64,000 bases of DNA from Rhodospirillales bacterium (GTDB taxonomy: Bacteria; Pseudomonadota; Alphaproteobacteria; Acetobacterales; Acetobacteraceae): contig JANYDF010000114.1 of assembly GCA_025359905.1 (NCBI GenBank), positions 46,077 through 110,076 of the forward strand. Reading direction: 5' to 3'. The notes below the pieces were generated by a model. It had not been told where the DNA came from and did no database searches. It worked only from the letters and a program-made list of their open reading frames with translations. A program made the position numbers and the translations under genes. Below, piece by piece: positions 1 to 9,056 of the stretch; the stretch's first letter is position 1; each line of letters opens with the position of its first letter.

Positions 1-3000
1 CCAGCACCAGGGTGCCGCCGGCCGAGTAAGGCAGGCTGGCGGTGCGGCCGTTCCAGGCGACCGTCAGCGTGTTGCCGCGCGCATACAGATTGGGCGACGC
101 GCCCGGCTGGTAGTAATCCACCCCGGCATACACCGTGGCTGAGGCTTGCGTGGTTGGATAAAGCTGCGCTGCCGTAAAGGTCAGGCTGCCAGGCGTGACA
201 AAGCTGCTGGTGTTGAAGCGGATATCGCCGCTGCTGTTCAAGCCGATGGCGGCGAAACCGTCGTAGCCGACCACGATCTTCGGCGACTTGGCCCCGCCGT
301 CCAGCGTGCCCTGCACGCCGAAGCGGATGTCGTTGCTGATATCGATCAGATCGGCGGCGATGCTGAGTGTGGCCGTGCTATCGGCGCTGGACGGTTGCCA
401 CGCGCTGCCATTGACGGAAATGCCGGTCACCGCGTTGTCGGCGGCGTGCGCGGTGAAGCCACTGAACAGCACGTACGGGGCGGACACCGAGACGCTGGCC
501 GTGGGTTGCGTGTCGGAGATGACACCCTGGAAGAATTTCACGCTGCCCGCCACCGCGAGCGCCACGCTGCCATCGAACGCGATCACGTCGCGGGCAAACA
601 GCGACACGTTGGCGAAGCCGCCGCTGGCGATCTGTGCGGCGCTGATGCGCGCTTGGTCGCGCACTGCATTGGGCGTCAGTCCGCCGGGTTGCAGCGTGGC
701 GGTGCCGAGATCGGAGGTGGTGTCCTGCGAAACCAGGATCACGCGCGGCTGCCGCGATGCGAAAGCCGGTTGGGTGGCGGCATTGGCGGCGAACAGCGGC
801 GCTTCCAGCGTCAGCGCCAACGTGCCGCCGAGTGCACCGGCACCGCCCGCATTGGCGCGCAGTATGCCATCGAGGTAGATGCCGTTATACGACGACAACG
901 AAACGGTGCCGCCGTCGCTGGCCACCTGGGCCGCGACGCCGCCGCCGATCACCAGCGAGCCGAGGGCGGGAATGGTGCCCGCCGCCGGATCGATGCTGGC
1001 GCTGGCGCCCGACACGTCGATCACCGCGCCGGGACGCACGATGATCTGCGCGTCGGTGGACACGAAGCTGCCAGCACCGTCGGTCTGCGAGCCGCCATAC
1101 GAGCCAAGAATCACGGTGCCGCCGGATCGCACCACGCCGAAGCCGCGGCCCTGCAGATCGGTGCCGGTGGCCGCCTGCGCCGAAGCATCGAGCACGCTCT
1201 GCGCGCCGAGCCAGATCGACAAGCCATTGATATATTGCGACGGCAGGCCGAGCGTGTAGTTCTCCTGCCGCATATTCACCACGGCAATACTGCCGCCCGG
1301 CGCGCTGAGCGTGCCGGTCACGGTGATCTGGTTCAGCGCCTCCAGCTTGACCGACTGGCCGGGATCGACCGCAAGCAGCGCGCCGTCGCCAATGGTCAGC
1401 GTGCCGCCGATGGCGGAACTCGTCCCGGCATTGGCATCGGCGCGCAGGAATAGGCTGACGCCTTGGCGCTGGATCAGCGTGGCGTGCAGCCGATCTTCGA
1501 TATACAGCGGCGGCTGCCAAAGCTGCATCGCCGCCGATGGGTCGCTGCCAGTCGGCACGTTGCTGCTGGCGGCGGTGAGTTGGAATACCGGCGCCACCGG
1601 TTCCACCGAGGTGCCCGCCGCGACCGCGACACCGGCGAGGCCGGTGACGTCGTAGGTGGCAAATCCGGCAGTGAAGAAATCCGGCGTCAGCCAAATCTGG
1701 CCAGAGGCGGCTGCGGGTTGGGTATTCGATATAACGACAGACTGGCCAACCAGCTTGAAGGTGCCGCCGCCGCTCACGCCGTTGGAGCGCAGCGTGCCAA
1801 GTATGGACACAACGCCGGGCGTCTTGCCGCTGGCCAACGACGGGTCGTTGCCGGTCAGCAACACGCTGCCACCGCTGCCGCCGAGCAATTTGCCGCTGGC
1901 GAGCAGCGCCGCACCGGCCGATGCGTCAATCAGGCTGCCGGCGGCCAACGCCAGCCGCCCGGTGCTGTCGAACGTCACGCTGCCGCCGTTGACGTAGGCC
2001 TGCCCGGCCAGCAGCGTCGAATCGAGCCGCGCATTGGTCCATACGCCGCGCGTGTCGATGCTGGCGCCAGCCTCCAGCGTGACCAGCGCGGTGGACAGTG
2101 TGCCCAGCCCTTTGCGGGTGACGCCGCCAAGTTGAGTCACCAGAACGTTGCCCGCCGACACCGTGCCGCCCCGCGCCGTGACCGAGGCCGCGAGGTCCAC
2201 CGTGGGCGCCACCAGCGACACGCTGCCGCCGGGTGCCAGGCCGATCGGATCGGCGACCCGGATGGCATTGGAGGTTACAATGGAAAGCCCGCCAAGCCCC
2301 GCATCGCTGAGCGCCGCTGCGGACAGCCATGCCGTGCTGACGCGGGCGGCGGGGATAGCGGTGGCGAGCGATAGCGAATCGGCCAGCGCCGGAACCGCGT
2401 TCTCCAACACCACGCTGGTGGAAAACGCCCCGGCCAGCCCGCCAGCCGCATATTGGCCGAGCGCGAGCGTGCCCGTCTGCGCCACCATGTTCTGCGCCGC
2501 CGCATAGCCATCCGTAATCGACGCGGGGCGCGCGGTATTCTGGTACGGCCCACTCACCGCGCCGGCCGATAGCGTGCCCTCGAAAATCACCGTCGGCGCG
2601 CTGATGGTCAGGCTGCCCGCGTCACGGCCGGCCACGTAGCCCGCCTGATAGGTTTGCGTAGCCCCGAACATTGGGTTGGCAAATTTCTCGGTTACGTTCC
2701 AGCGGCTGTGATCGATCACGTCGCCAGTATAAATGCCGGTGTACTGCACTGTCGCCGGGGCGGTATTGGCGTTGTAGATCTGGCCGTCTGCCCCCTTCAG
2801 GTACGTCGTTTGCAGCGTTCCAGCTTGATAACTGAGCGAACCGCCGGCGATATTGAAGGTCGAATTGCTCTGCGCCACCACTTCCTTGGCGGCAAAGGCG
2901 ATGCTGCCGCCGAGCGCGGTCCATTCCCCGATGGTGTGCCCGGTGGTGTTCAGATAGCCGCTGACTTCGAGCAGGCCGCCGCCTGAGTAATAGCGGTCCG

Positions 3001-4786
3001 TGCTATACTGCGAGCTCGCTGGCACCAGCACCAGATCGCGCAAGTCGAGCGTAATCGTTGTGCTGTTCAGGCTGCCCGCGAGGCGATTGACCGGCGCATC
3101 GCGCTGCTCGAACGACTGCACACTGATCGCCAGTTCATTGGCGGCCATCGGCAGCACGACATTGAGCTGTCCGGACACGTCCAGTGCCGCCGCCGTATCG
3201 GTTTGAATCCGGCCGCCCGCCTGCACAGCCAGTTGGCCACCCTGCGCCATGGTCAGCGAACCGGATGCGAATTCGACCGCGCCGCCCGTGGTGATCTCGA
3301 TACGCGACAGGTCGAGCCGGTCGCCCAGCGTGCCGGCGTTGTTGACCTGCGGGTTGGAGGCGCTGGCCCCGGCGGAGCGCTGCGCGTTTAACGTCGCCGA
3401 TTGGGAAATCAGCGCGGTGCGCTGCGAATTCAGCGCGGTGGTCTGGCTGTCGTCCGGCAGTACCGTGGTGATGCTGCCTGGGGCCAGCGTGATCGTGGCG
3501 GTGGTATCGGCTGTGTCGCTCAGCAGATGCACCGAACCGCGCACATTCACCGAAGTGGTGGCGAGCGCTACGCCCGATTGCAGCACGCGATGTCCGATCA
3601 GCGACACATCGCCGTCGGTGGCGGTTATGATGCCGCTGTTTTCGGTGCTGCCCGCGAGCCCGGCGGTGGCGACCTGCGAGCCGCGCGTGGTGGCGGTTTG
3701 GTTGCCTTGCGTACTGTAGCCTTGGCGCAGAATGAAGTTCTGGCCGGACGCCAGCACGGTTTGACCATCCGGCGTGCTGATCGATCCGGCATTGCGCGCG
3801 GTGCCGCCGAGCAGCATGACGTATCCGCCGCCCGAGGTGGCGGCCGCGGGCAATGCGGTGGCGATCTGCGCGCCCGGTTCCACGTCGATGGTGCTGGCAA
3901 CCGGGGCGTTGAGGAAACTGGCGGCAAACGTTGCCCCAGACTGCGCGCCGTAGAGCGAGAACGCCACCGAGGACGCGCCGCCGTTGAGGCCCGGGGTGAT
4001 GCTGGCAGGCAGATCGGCGGCGGCGGCGATCAGCGAATTGACGTTTACCTGCGACCCGGCGCCGAACAGGATGCCGCTCTGATTGATCAGGTAAACCTTA
4101 CCTGCCGCAGTGATCTTGCCGAGGATCTGGCTTGGCGCGATGCTGGCAGGGATTTTGTTCAGCGCCACCCAGTTGGCCGCACTGCTGCCACCATTGGTGG
4201 TCTGGTCGAATGCCAGTGTGGTGTTGGCGCCGACGTTCAAGCTCTGCCAGGTCAGCAGCGCTTGCGGCTGGGTTTGGGTGACAGTGACGGTGGTATGGCC
4301 TGCACTGGCGGTTTGCGCAGGCAAGCTGGCGCCGATCCATAATGTGTTGCCAGCCGCCAGCGCGCCGCCCGAGATTGCGGCCGGTGCCACGGCCAAGCCA
4401 CCCGCCACCAAACCATCGGGCACAATCGGGGTCACTGGCCTGCTGGCCGCCGCAGTGGCTTGGAATGCCTGAGCGGCCTTGAGCGCCGCCGCCATTTTGG
4501 TCAGATCGGCAATGGACTGGCGCGCCTGCTGCTGCGTCAGCACGGCACTGCTTCCCGCAGCGCCGGAGGCGGCAGCGGCAGCCGACGCCCCTTGCGAGCG
4601 GGCGGCGAACCATTGCGCGCTGAACATTGGCGGCTGGCCAGCGCGCGCCGGGTGCGGCAGCACGCTGGCGGCGGCCAGGGCGGTCAAGCTGACTCCTGCC
4701 AGCAAGCGCGCACGCGCCAACCGCACGCTGGACGCGCGCATGGCGGGGCGATGCACCGGCTTGGCCGGCCGGGCAAACTTGGTCAT
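1..4786 (-). CDS. Giant filamentous-haemagglutinin-family (TpsA-like, two-partner secretion) exoprotein; N-terminal ~1595 codons, C-terminus beyond the left window edge
   Basis: Not in the ORF track because it reaches no stop inside the window. The minus frame whose codons end at positions = 1 mod 3 is the only frame with no listed ORF between 1 and 4786. My translation from ATG at complement(4784..4786): MTKFARPAKPVHRPAMRASSVRLARARLLAGVSLTALAAASVLPHPARAGQ (signal-like), an Ala-rich spacer, then a TPS-domain signature ALLTWQSLNVGANTTLAFDQ...NWVALNKIPASIAPSQILGKITAAGKVYLINQSGILFGAGSQVNVNSLIAAA. More than 1200 codons of G/A/S/T/L-rich beta-helix-type repeats follow. Alternative ATG at complement(4739..4741). 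Confidence 0.8.
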   Translation of the reverse strand, partial: MTKFARPAKPVHRPAMRASSVRLARARLLAGVSLTALAAASVLPHPARAGQPPMFSAQWFAARSQGASAAAAASGAAGSSAVLTQQQARQSIADLTKMAAALKAAQAFQATAAASRPVTPIVPDGLVAGGLAVAPAAISGGALAAGNTLWIGASLPAQTASAGHTTVTVTQTQPQALLTWQSLNVGANTTLAFDQTTNGGSSAANWVALNKIPASIAPSQILGKITAAGKVYLINQSGILFGAGSQVNVNSLIAAAADLPASITPGLNGGASSVAFSLYGAQSGATFAASFLNAPVASTIDVEPGAQIATALPAAATSGGGYVMLLGGTARNAGSISTPDGQTVLASGQNFILRQGYSTQGNQTATTRGSQVATAGLAGSTENSGIITATDGDVSLIGHRVLQSGVALATTSVNVRGSVHLLSDTADTTATITLAPGSITTVLPDDSQTTALNSQRTALISQSATLNAQRSAGASASNPQVNNAGTLGDRLDLSRIEITTGGAVEFASGSLTMAQGGQLAVQAGGRIQTDTAAALDVSGQLNVVLPMAANELAISVQSFEQRDAPVNRLAGSLNSTTITLDLRDLVLVPASSQYSTDRYYSGGGLLEVSGYLNTTGHTIGEWTALGGSIAFAAKEVVAQSNSTFNIAGGSLSYQAGTLQTTYLKGADGQIYNANTAPATVQYTGIYTGDVIDHSRWNVTEKFANPMFGATQTYQAGYVAGRDAGSLTISAPTVIFEGTLSAGAVSGPYQNTARPASITDGYAAAQNMVAQTGTLALGQYAAGGLAGAFSTSVVLENAVPALADSLSLATAIPAARVSTAWLSAAALSDAGLGGLSIVTSNAIRVADPIGLAPGGSVSLVAPTVDLAASVTARGGTVSAGNVLVTQLGGVTRKGLGTLSTALVTLEAGASIDTRGVWTNARLDSTLLAGQAYVNGGSVTFDSTGRLALAAGSLIDASAGAALLASGKLLGGSGGSVLLTGNDPSLASGKTPGVVSILGTLRSNGVSGGGTFKLVGQSVVISNTQPAAASGQIWLTPDFFTAGFATYDVTGLAGVAVAAGTSVEPVAPVFQLTAASSNVPTGSDPSAAMQLWQPPLYIEDRLHATLIQRQGVSLFLRADANAGTSSAIGGTLTIGDGALLAVDPGQSVKLEALNQITVTGTLSAPGGSIAVVNMRQENYTLGLPSQYINGLSIWLGAQSVLDASAQAATGTDLQGRGFGVVRSGGTVILGSYGGSQTDGAGSFVSTDAQIIVRPGAVIDVSGASASIDPAAGTIPALGSLVIGGGVAAQVASDGGTVSLSSYNGIYLDGILRANAGGAGALGGTLALTLEAPLFAANAATQPAFASRQPRVILVSQDTTSDLGTATLQPGGLTPNAVRDQARISAAQIASGGFANVSLFARDVIAFDGSVALAVAGSVKFFQGVISDTQPTASVSVSAPYVLFSGFTAHAADNAVTGISVNGSAWQPSSADSTATLSIAADLIDISNDIRFGVQGTLDGGAKSPKIVVGYDGFAAIGLNSSGDIRFNTSSFVTPGSLTFTAAQLYPTTQASATVYAGVDYYQPGASPNLYARGNTLTVAWNGRTASLPYSAGGTLVL

Positions 4787-4965
4787 CGCGGGGCTACTCT
4801 CTGAAATTTTGCGTCTGTGCAGCTCTGCGCCTTCTACACAGCGCAGGCGGTCCACAACCGCGCGTCCGGCGAACTTCATCGTACCGTCATCGATGGCCAG
4901 CGCAGATTGACCGGCTCGGGGATTGGTCATACCGCTTTACCAACAGCAAAACCCGGGGGGAGCAC

Positions 4966-6015
4966 ATGACGGCCACAGCGCGCATCGGCATCATCGGCGC
5001 AGGCTGGTGGGCCGCATTCAACCACATTCCGGTGGTGCAAGCGCATCCGCAGGCGGAACTCGCCGCCGTTAGCCGGTTGGGTGCGGCCGAACTGCGCACG
5101 CTGCTGGACCGCTTCGCCATCGGCTACGGCAGCGAGGATGCGGCGCAAATGCTGCGCGACGTGAAGCTCGACGGCGTGATCGTCGCCTCGCCGCACACCC
5201 AGCACGCGGCGCACGCGCTGCTGGCGCTGCAAGCCGGGTGCCACGTGATGGTGGAAAAGCCCGCCGCCACCACGGCCAGCGACGCGCGGCGGCTGCAGCA
5301 GGAAGCCGCTCGGCGCAATCTGGGGCTGATGGTGCCGCATGCCTGGAACCACAAGGCGTACGTGGCCACCGCGCGCGCCTGGGTGGCGGATGGGCGGATC
5401 GGCGAAATCCGCCACGTGATCTGCCAAATGGCCTCGCCGCTGGTCGATCTGTTCGCCGGCGAGCCAATGCTGGAAACCGCCGAGCATCTGTTCCGCCCGC
5501 CGCCATCGACCTGGGCGACGCCGGGGGCGGCTGGCGGTTACGGCTGGGGGCAACTGACGCACGGGCTCGGCTTGCTCGCGTTCATCACCAGCGAACTGGC
5601 CGCCGCCGAAGTGACCGCGCTGGCCGGAATGTCGCCCGCCCAAGTGGACTACTACGACGCCGCCAGCGTGCGCTTCGGCAATGGTGCGACCGGGGTTATC
5701 TCCGGGTCCGCCACCGTGCCGAAGGGCAGCCCGTTCCAGTTGGACATTCGCCTGTTCGGCAGCCAGGGCATGTTGCTGCTGGACACCGAGCGCGAACGGC
5801 TCGAATTGCGCCGCCACGACGGCGGCGGCGACTCGCTGGCGATAGCACCGGGCGACGGCACGCCGGACGGCGTGGCCCCGGTGCATCGCTTCATCGAATT
5901 GTGCCTCGGCCAGCGCACGCCCGCCGAGATGCGCCCGTGGGGGTCGGTGACCGATATCGAAATCCTGGATGCGATGTACCGTTCGATGGCGAGCGGGCAA
6001 TCCGAGACCGTGTGA
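4966..6015 (+). CDS. Gfo/Idh/MocA family NAD(P)-dependent oxidoreductase
   Basis: Track ORF of 349 aa. N-terminal Rossmann motif RIGIIGAGWWA and the family EKP motif (HVMVEKPAA). Confidence 0.85.
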   Translation: MTATARIGIIGAGWWAAFNHIPVVQAHPQAELAAVSRLGAAELRTLLDRFAIGYGSEDAAQMLRDVKLDGVIVASPHTQHAAHALLALQAGCHVMVEKPAATTASDARRLQQEAARRNLGLMVPHAWNHKAYVATARAWVADGRIGEIRHVICQMASPLVDLFAGEPMLETAEHLFRPPPSTWATPGAAGGYGWGQLTHGLGLLAFITSELAAAEVTALAGMSPAQVDYYDAASVRFGNGATGVISGSATVPKGSPFQLDIRLFGSQGMLLLDTERERLELRRHDGGGDSLAIAPGDGTPDGVAPVHRFIELCLGQRTPAEMRPWGSVTDIEILDAMYRSMASGQSETV

Positions 6016-6026
6016 GGGAGGCCACC

Positions 6027-6839
6027 ATGCAACTCTGTCTGACATCCTGGTCGCTGCGCGCCTGTTCGACCGCCGAAGCAGTCGGCTTGACGAAGGTGCT
6101 GGGCTTCGGCGGGCTGGATTTGGGCTATTTCTATGGCCCGGCGCTGTCCAAAGACGCGGTGCTGGCCGACCCGGAGGGTACCGCCCGGCAGGTGCGCGGC
6201 CTCGGTGTGACGGTGCCGAATTTCTATCATCTGTTCGGCGACTCGCTGTCCGGCCGCAATCTGGCGGACCCTGCCGCGTTGGAGCGCAACGTGGCCGATT
6301 TCCGGCAAGTGGCGCGGTTCTGTGCGGCGGCGAACATTGCCAGCGTGTTCGTGCTGCCCGGCGTGTGCAACCCCGGCCAGGGCCGCGCCGAGGCATTGGC
6401 CCAGTCGGCGGTTGCACTCAACGCGCTGCTGCCGGTGGCCCAGGCCGAGGGTGTCACGCTGACCATCGAGCCGCATGTGCATTCGTTTCTGGAAAGCCCG
6501 GCGCTCACGCTGCAACTGTTGCAGCTTGTGCCGGGGCTGAAACTGACGCTGGACTATGCGCACTTCACCTGTCTGGGCTTCACGCAGGAGCAAATCGACG
6601 TGCTGGCCCCGCACGCGGCACACGTGCATGTGCGCCAAGCCAAACCGGGCGCGCTGCAAACCAAGCTGTCGCAAGGCACCATCAATATGCAGGCCATGCT
6701 GGGCACGCTGCGCGATGCTGGCTACGCGGGCTGGCTGGCGGTGGAATGGGTGCATCAGGATTATATGGACACGCTGTACGATGACGTGCTGACCGAGACG
6801 ATTGCTTGCCGGGATGTACTGCGGGCGTGGTTGGGATAG
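6027..6839 (+). CDS. Sugar phosphate isomerase/epimerase (xylose-isomerase-like TIM barrel)
   Basis: In-frame ATG at 6027 inside track ORF 5238..6839, preceded by GAGGGAGG. Translation MQLCLTSWSLRACS...TIEPHVHSFLE...LAVEWVHQ fits the AP_endonuc_2/xylose-isomerase-like fold. The upstream 263 codons of the track ORF overlap the previous gene out of frame and look spurious. Confidence 0.75.
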   Translation: MQLCLTSWSLRACSTAEAVGLTKVLGFGGLDLGYFYGPALSKDAVLADPEGTARQVRGLGVTVPNFYHLFGDSLSGRNLADPAALERNVADFRQVARFCAAANIASVFVLPGVCNPGQGRAEALAQSAVALNALLPVAQAEGVTLTIEPHVHSFLESPALTLQLLQLVPGLKLTLDYAHFTCLGFTQEQIDVLAPHAAHVHVRQAKPGALQTKLSQGTINMQAMLGTLRDAGYAGWLAVEWVHQDYMDTLYDDVLTETIACRDVLRAWLG

Positions 6840-6851
6840 TGGCGTCACACC

Positions 6852-6882
6852 TTGACGTGCCTCGTCTTACGATCTACATAAT
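6852..6882 (+). promoter_or_regulatory. Sigma70-like promoter for higBA (TTGACG, 17 nt, TACATA/CATAAT); may give a leaderless or near-leaderless transcript
   Basis: TTGACG at 6852-6857 and TACATA at 6875-6880 (CATAAT at 6877-6882). The higB ATG at 6886 lies only 4-6 nt after the -10 element and has no Shine-Dalgarno. Confidence 0.3.
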
Positions 6883-6885
6883 GCG

Positions 6886-7167
6886 ATGATCCGGGGCTTC
6901 CGCGACAAGGCAGCGGCATTGGTGTTTCGGGGCGGCGTGCCGCGCAGCATGGCGCGCGATGTTGCCGTTGCCGCCCGGCGGAAACTGCTGGCCTTGGATG
7001 CTGCGGAGCAATTGGAGGATTTGCGCCTACCGCCGGGCAATCGGCTGGCAGCGCTTCGGGGCGTTCGATCTGGGCAGCATTCCATCCCGGTCAACGGACA
7101 ATGGCGCATCGTGTTCGTCTGGTCGGATGGCGGGGCGGACGACGTAGAAATTGTTGACTATCACTAG
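6886..7167 (+). CDS. higB: HigB-type toxin (plasmid maintenance system killer, RelE/ParE superfamily)
   Basis: 93 aa. MIRGFRDKAAALVF...LEDLRLPPGNRLAALRGVRSGQHSIPVNGQWRIVFVWSDGGADDVEIVDYH follows the HigB pattern (GxRxHxLxG...W.I.F....D.DY.DYH). The toxin gene precedes the antitoxin, as is usual for higBA. Confidence 0.85.
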   Translation: MIRGFRDKAAALVFRGGVPRSMARDVAVAARRKLLALDAAEQLEDLRLPPGNRLAALRGVRSGQHSIPVNGQWRIVFVWSDGGADDVEIVDYH

Positions 7168-7185
7168 ACGGAGATCCGCACGTTC

Positions 7186-7545
7186 ATGTCTAAGTCAATT
7201 TCCCGAACGGATGTGGACGCGGGACGCATCGATTTTTCGGACATCGACAGCGGCGAGACGCTGCCGTCGGTGCATCCTGGCGAAACTTTGCGGCACGAGT
7301 TTCTCGACCCGCTGGGAGTTACGGCACATGCGCTGGCTCTGGCGTTGCGCGTGCCGCCCAATCGCATCACCGCCATCTTGGCGGGCCAGCGCGGGGTGAC
7401 GGCTGAAACCGCGTTACGGCTGGCACGGCATTTCGGCACCAGTGCTGGCTTCTGGCTCAATCTGCAAAAGACCTATGACCTGGAAGTGGCGGAACGCGCT
7501 GACGGCGCGCGCATTCGCGCCGAGGTAATGCCGCGCGCTGCCTGA
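7186..7545 (+). CDS. higA: HigA-type antitoxin (XRE/HTH addiction-module antidote)
   Basis: 119 aa. [71 protein letters not shown] is the classic HigA helix-turn-helix core. Lies 18 nt downstream of higB. Confidence 0.85.
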   Translation: MSKSISRTDVDAGRIDFSDIDSGETLPSVHPGETLRHEFLDPLGVTAHALALALRVPPNRITAILAGQRGVTAETALRLARHFGTSAGFWLNLQKTYDLEVAERADGARIRAEVMPRAA

Positions 7546-7629
7546 CGGCCCGGATCGCCAGCCGCCAGCGTTGCGCCGCACCGCAACCTGCGGCACCGTC
7601 CCGCCAACAGCGGTGACGGGGACTTGGGT

Positions 7630-8586
7630 ATGGCGCGCAAACTGATCCTGGATGTCGATACCGGCACCGATGACGCGGTCGCCGTGATGCTGGCGGCGCT
7701 GCACCCGGCGTTGGAGTTGATTGGCTGCACCACGGTGAACGGCAACATCCCGGTGACGTCCTGCACCGACAATACATTGCGCGTGCTGGAGCATATCGGG
7801 CGCGGCGATATCCCGGTCTACGAGGGTCTGGCGCGCCCGATCGTGCGGCGGGATTTTCCCATTCCGCGCACAGTGAACGACGCCGCCGGCAAATATCATC
7901 CGGACGCACTGCCGGTGCCCGCCACCACGCTGCGCAAGCAAAGCGCCAGTGCGATTGAATTCCTGATCGAGACCTACCGCGCCGCGACCGATCCCATCGT
8001 GCTGGTGCCGGTGGCGCCGCTCAGCAACATCGCCGCCTGCATCGCGCTCGATCCGAAATTCGTCAGCCGCGTGCCGGAAATCGTCATCATGGGCGGCGGG
8101 CATGCGCTGGGCAACGTGACACCGTCCGCCGAGTTCAACATCTGGGGCGATCCGGAAGCGGCGGCGAGCGTGTTCGCCGCCGGGTTCGAGAAGATCACGC
8201 TGGTGCCGCTGGACGCCACGCACCGCGCGTTGATCACGGCGGCGCATTGCCGCGCGCTGCACGCGCTCGGCACGCCGGCCGGGCAAGCCGCCTCGGCGTT
8301 CATCGGCCATCGCATTGCCGTGCACGACGCGCATCAGAAGCAGGACATCGCGCACAGCACGCCAGTGCACGATGCGCTGGCGGTGGGTTTCTTGATCGAT
8401 CCGGCGCTGATCACCACGCGGCGGCTGCATGTGGCGGTGGAAACCCACGGCGCGCTGACCGTGGGGCGCACGGTCATCGACACGCATTTTCGGGGCGGCC
8501 AAGCCCCGAACTGCGACGTGGCGTTCGACGCCGACGCCGAAGGCTTCGCGCAGTTGTTGCTGCGGACATTCGCCGGCCAAGCCTGA
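7630..8586 (+). CDS. Nucleoside hydrolase (inosine/uridine-preferring family)
   Basis: [18 protein letters not shown] carries the N-terminal Asp cluster DxDxxxDD of IU-nucleoside hydrolases. ATG at 7630; the track start at 7624 is a TTG. Confidence 0.85.
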   Translation: MARKLILDVDTGTDDAVAVMLAALHPALELIGCTTVNGNIPVTSCTDNTLRVLEHIGRGDIPVYEGLARPIVRRDFPIPRTVNDAAGKYHPDALPVPATTLRKQSASAIEFLIETYRAATDPIVLVPVAPLSNIAACIALDPKFVSRVPEIVIMGGGHALGNVTPSAEFNIWGDPEAAASVFAAGFEKITLVPLDATHRALITAAHCRALHALGTPAGQAASAFIGHRIAVHDAHQKQDIAHSTPVHDALAVGFLIDPALITTRRLHVAVETHGALTVGRTVIDTHFRGGQAPNCDVAFDADAEGFAQLLLRTFAGQA

Positions 8587-8590
8587 CGGC

Positions 8591-8948
8591 TCAACCGGCG
8601 GCGCGCGCCGCCGCCACCAGATCGGCCGGGCTGGCGAACGACGCCGTTTCCAGCAGCGTGGTGCGCGCCAGCGCCAGAGCGGCGCGACGCGGCTGTAGTA
8701 AGCGTGCTCGAAGAACGCCCGGTCGAGCGGCAATTGCCAGGACGGTCCAGCGGCGCGGACATAAGGCAGCGATTGCTTGACGCACACGGCGCCCTGCGGC
8801 CCGTGCACCAGAAACACCAGATTGAGATTGCCGTCGCCCACTTCGCGGATGCGCCACGCGGCGGGCGGGCCGCCATGCCGGGAATGGCGGCGAGGAAGCC
8901 AGGCAGGCTGGCGTCGTTCAACGAGGCGTAGGTGTGCGTATCGTTCAC
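8591..8948 (-). pseudogene. mtnK: Remnant of the 5-methylthioribose kinase gene (mtnK): about 90 N-terminal and 30 C-terminal codons, two frameshifts and a large internal deletion
   Basis: Three minus-strand frames together read [28 protein letters not shown] / [60 protein letters not shown] / [30 protein letters not shown]-stop. GDGNLNxVF...KQxxPYxR..G.SW.L..DR is the MtnK N-terminal signature. The whole span is only about 119 codons, against roughly 400 for an intact MtnK. Confidence 0.6.
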
Positions 8949-9056
8949 GGGCGATCCCTCGGCGGCGGGCCTTCGAAGCGGGCGCGTCACATTCCCTGTT
9001 GCCTGCCGATGCCGCAACTTGTCAGATGGCGTCAAGAACGCCAACGGGAGCGCCCA

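Noticed and set aside
4787-4965. Searched upstream of the TpsA-like gene for a TpsB transporter or a regulatory element
   Set aside because: The gap is only about 180 nt of non-coding DNA before a divergent oxidoreductase, with only a short imperfect hairpin (CTGCGC...GCGCAG). It is too weak to call.
4927-6417. 496-aa minus-strand ORF spanning two plus-strand genes
   Set aside because: It is antisense to the well-supported Gfo/Idh/MocA and TIM-barrel genes. Its Arg/Pro/Gly/Ala-dominated, low-complexity translation is typical of non-coding frames in high-GC DNA.
5238-6839. 533-aa track ORF taken at face value
   Set aside because: The first 263 codons overlap the Gfo/Idh/MocA gene out of frame and are Arg/Gly-rich. 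The real gene starts at the SD-preceded ATG at 6027.
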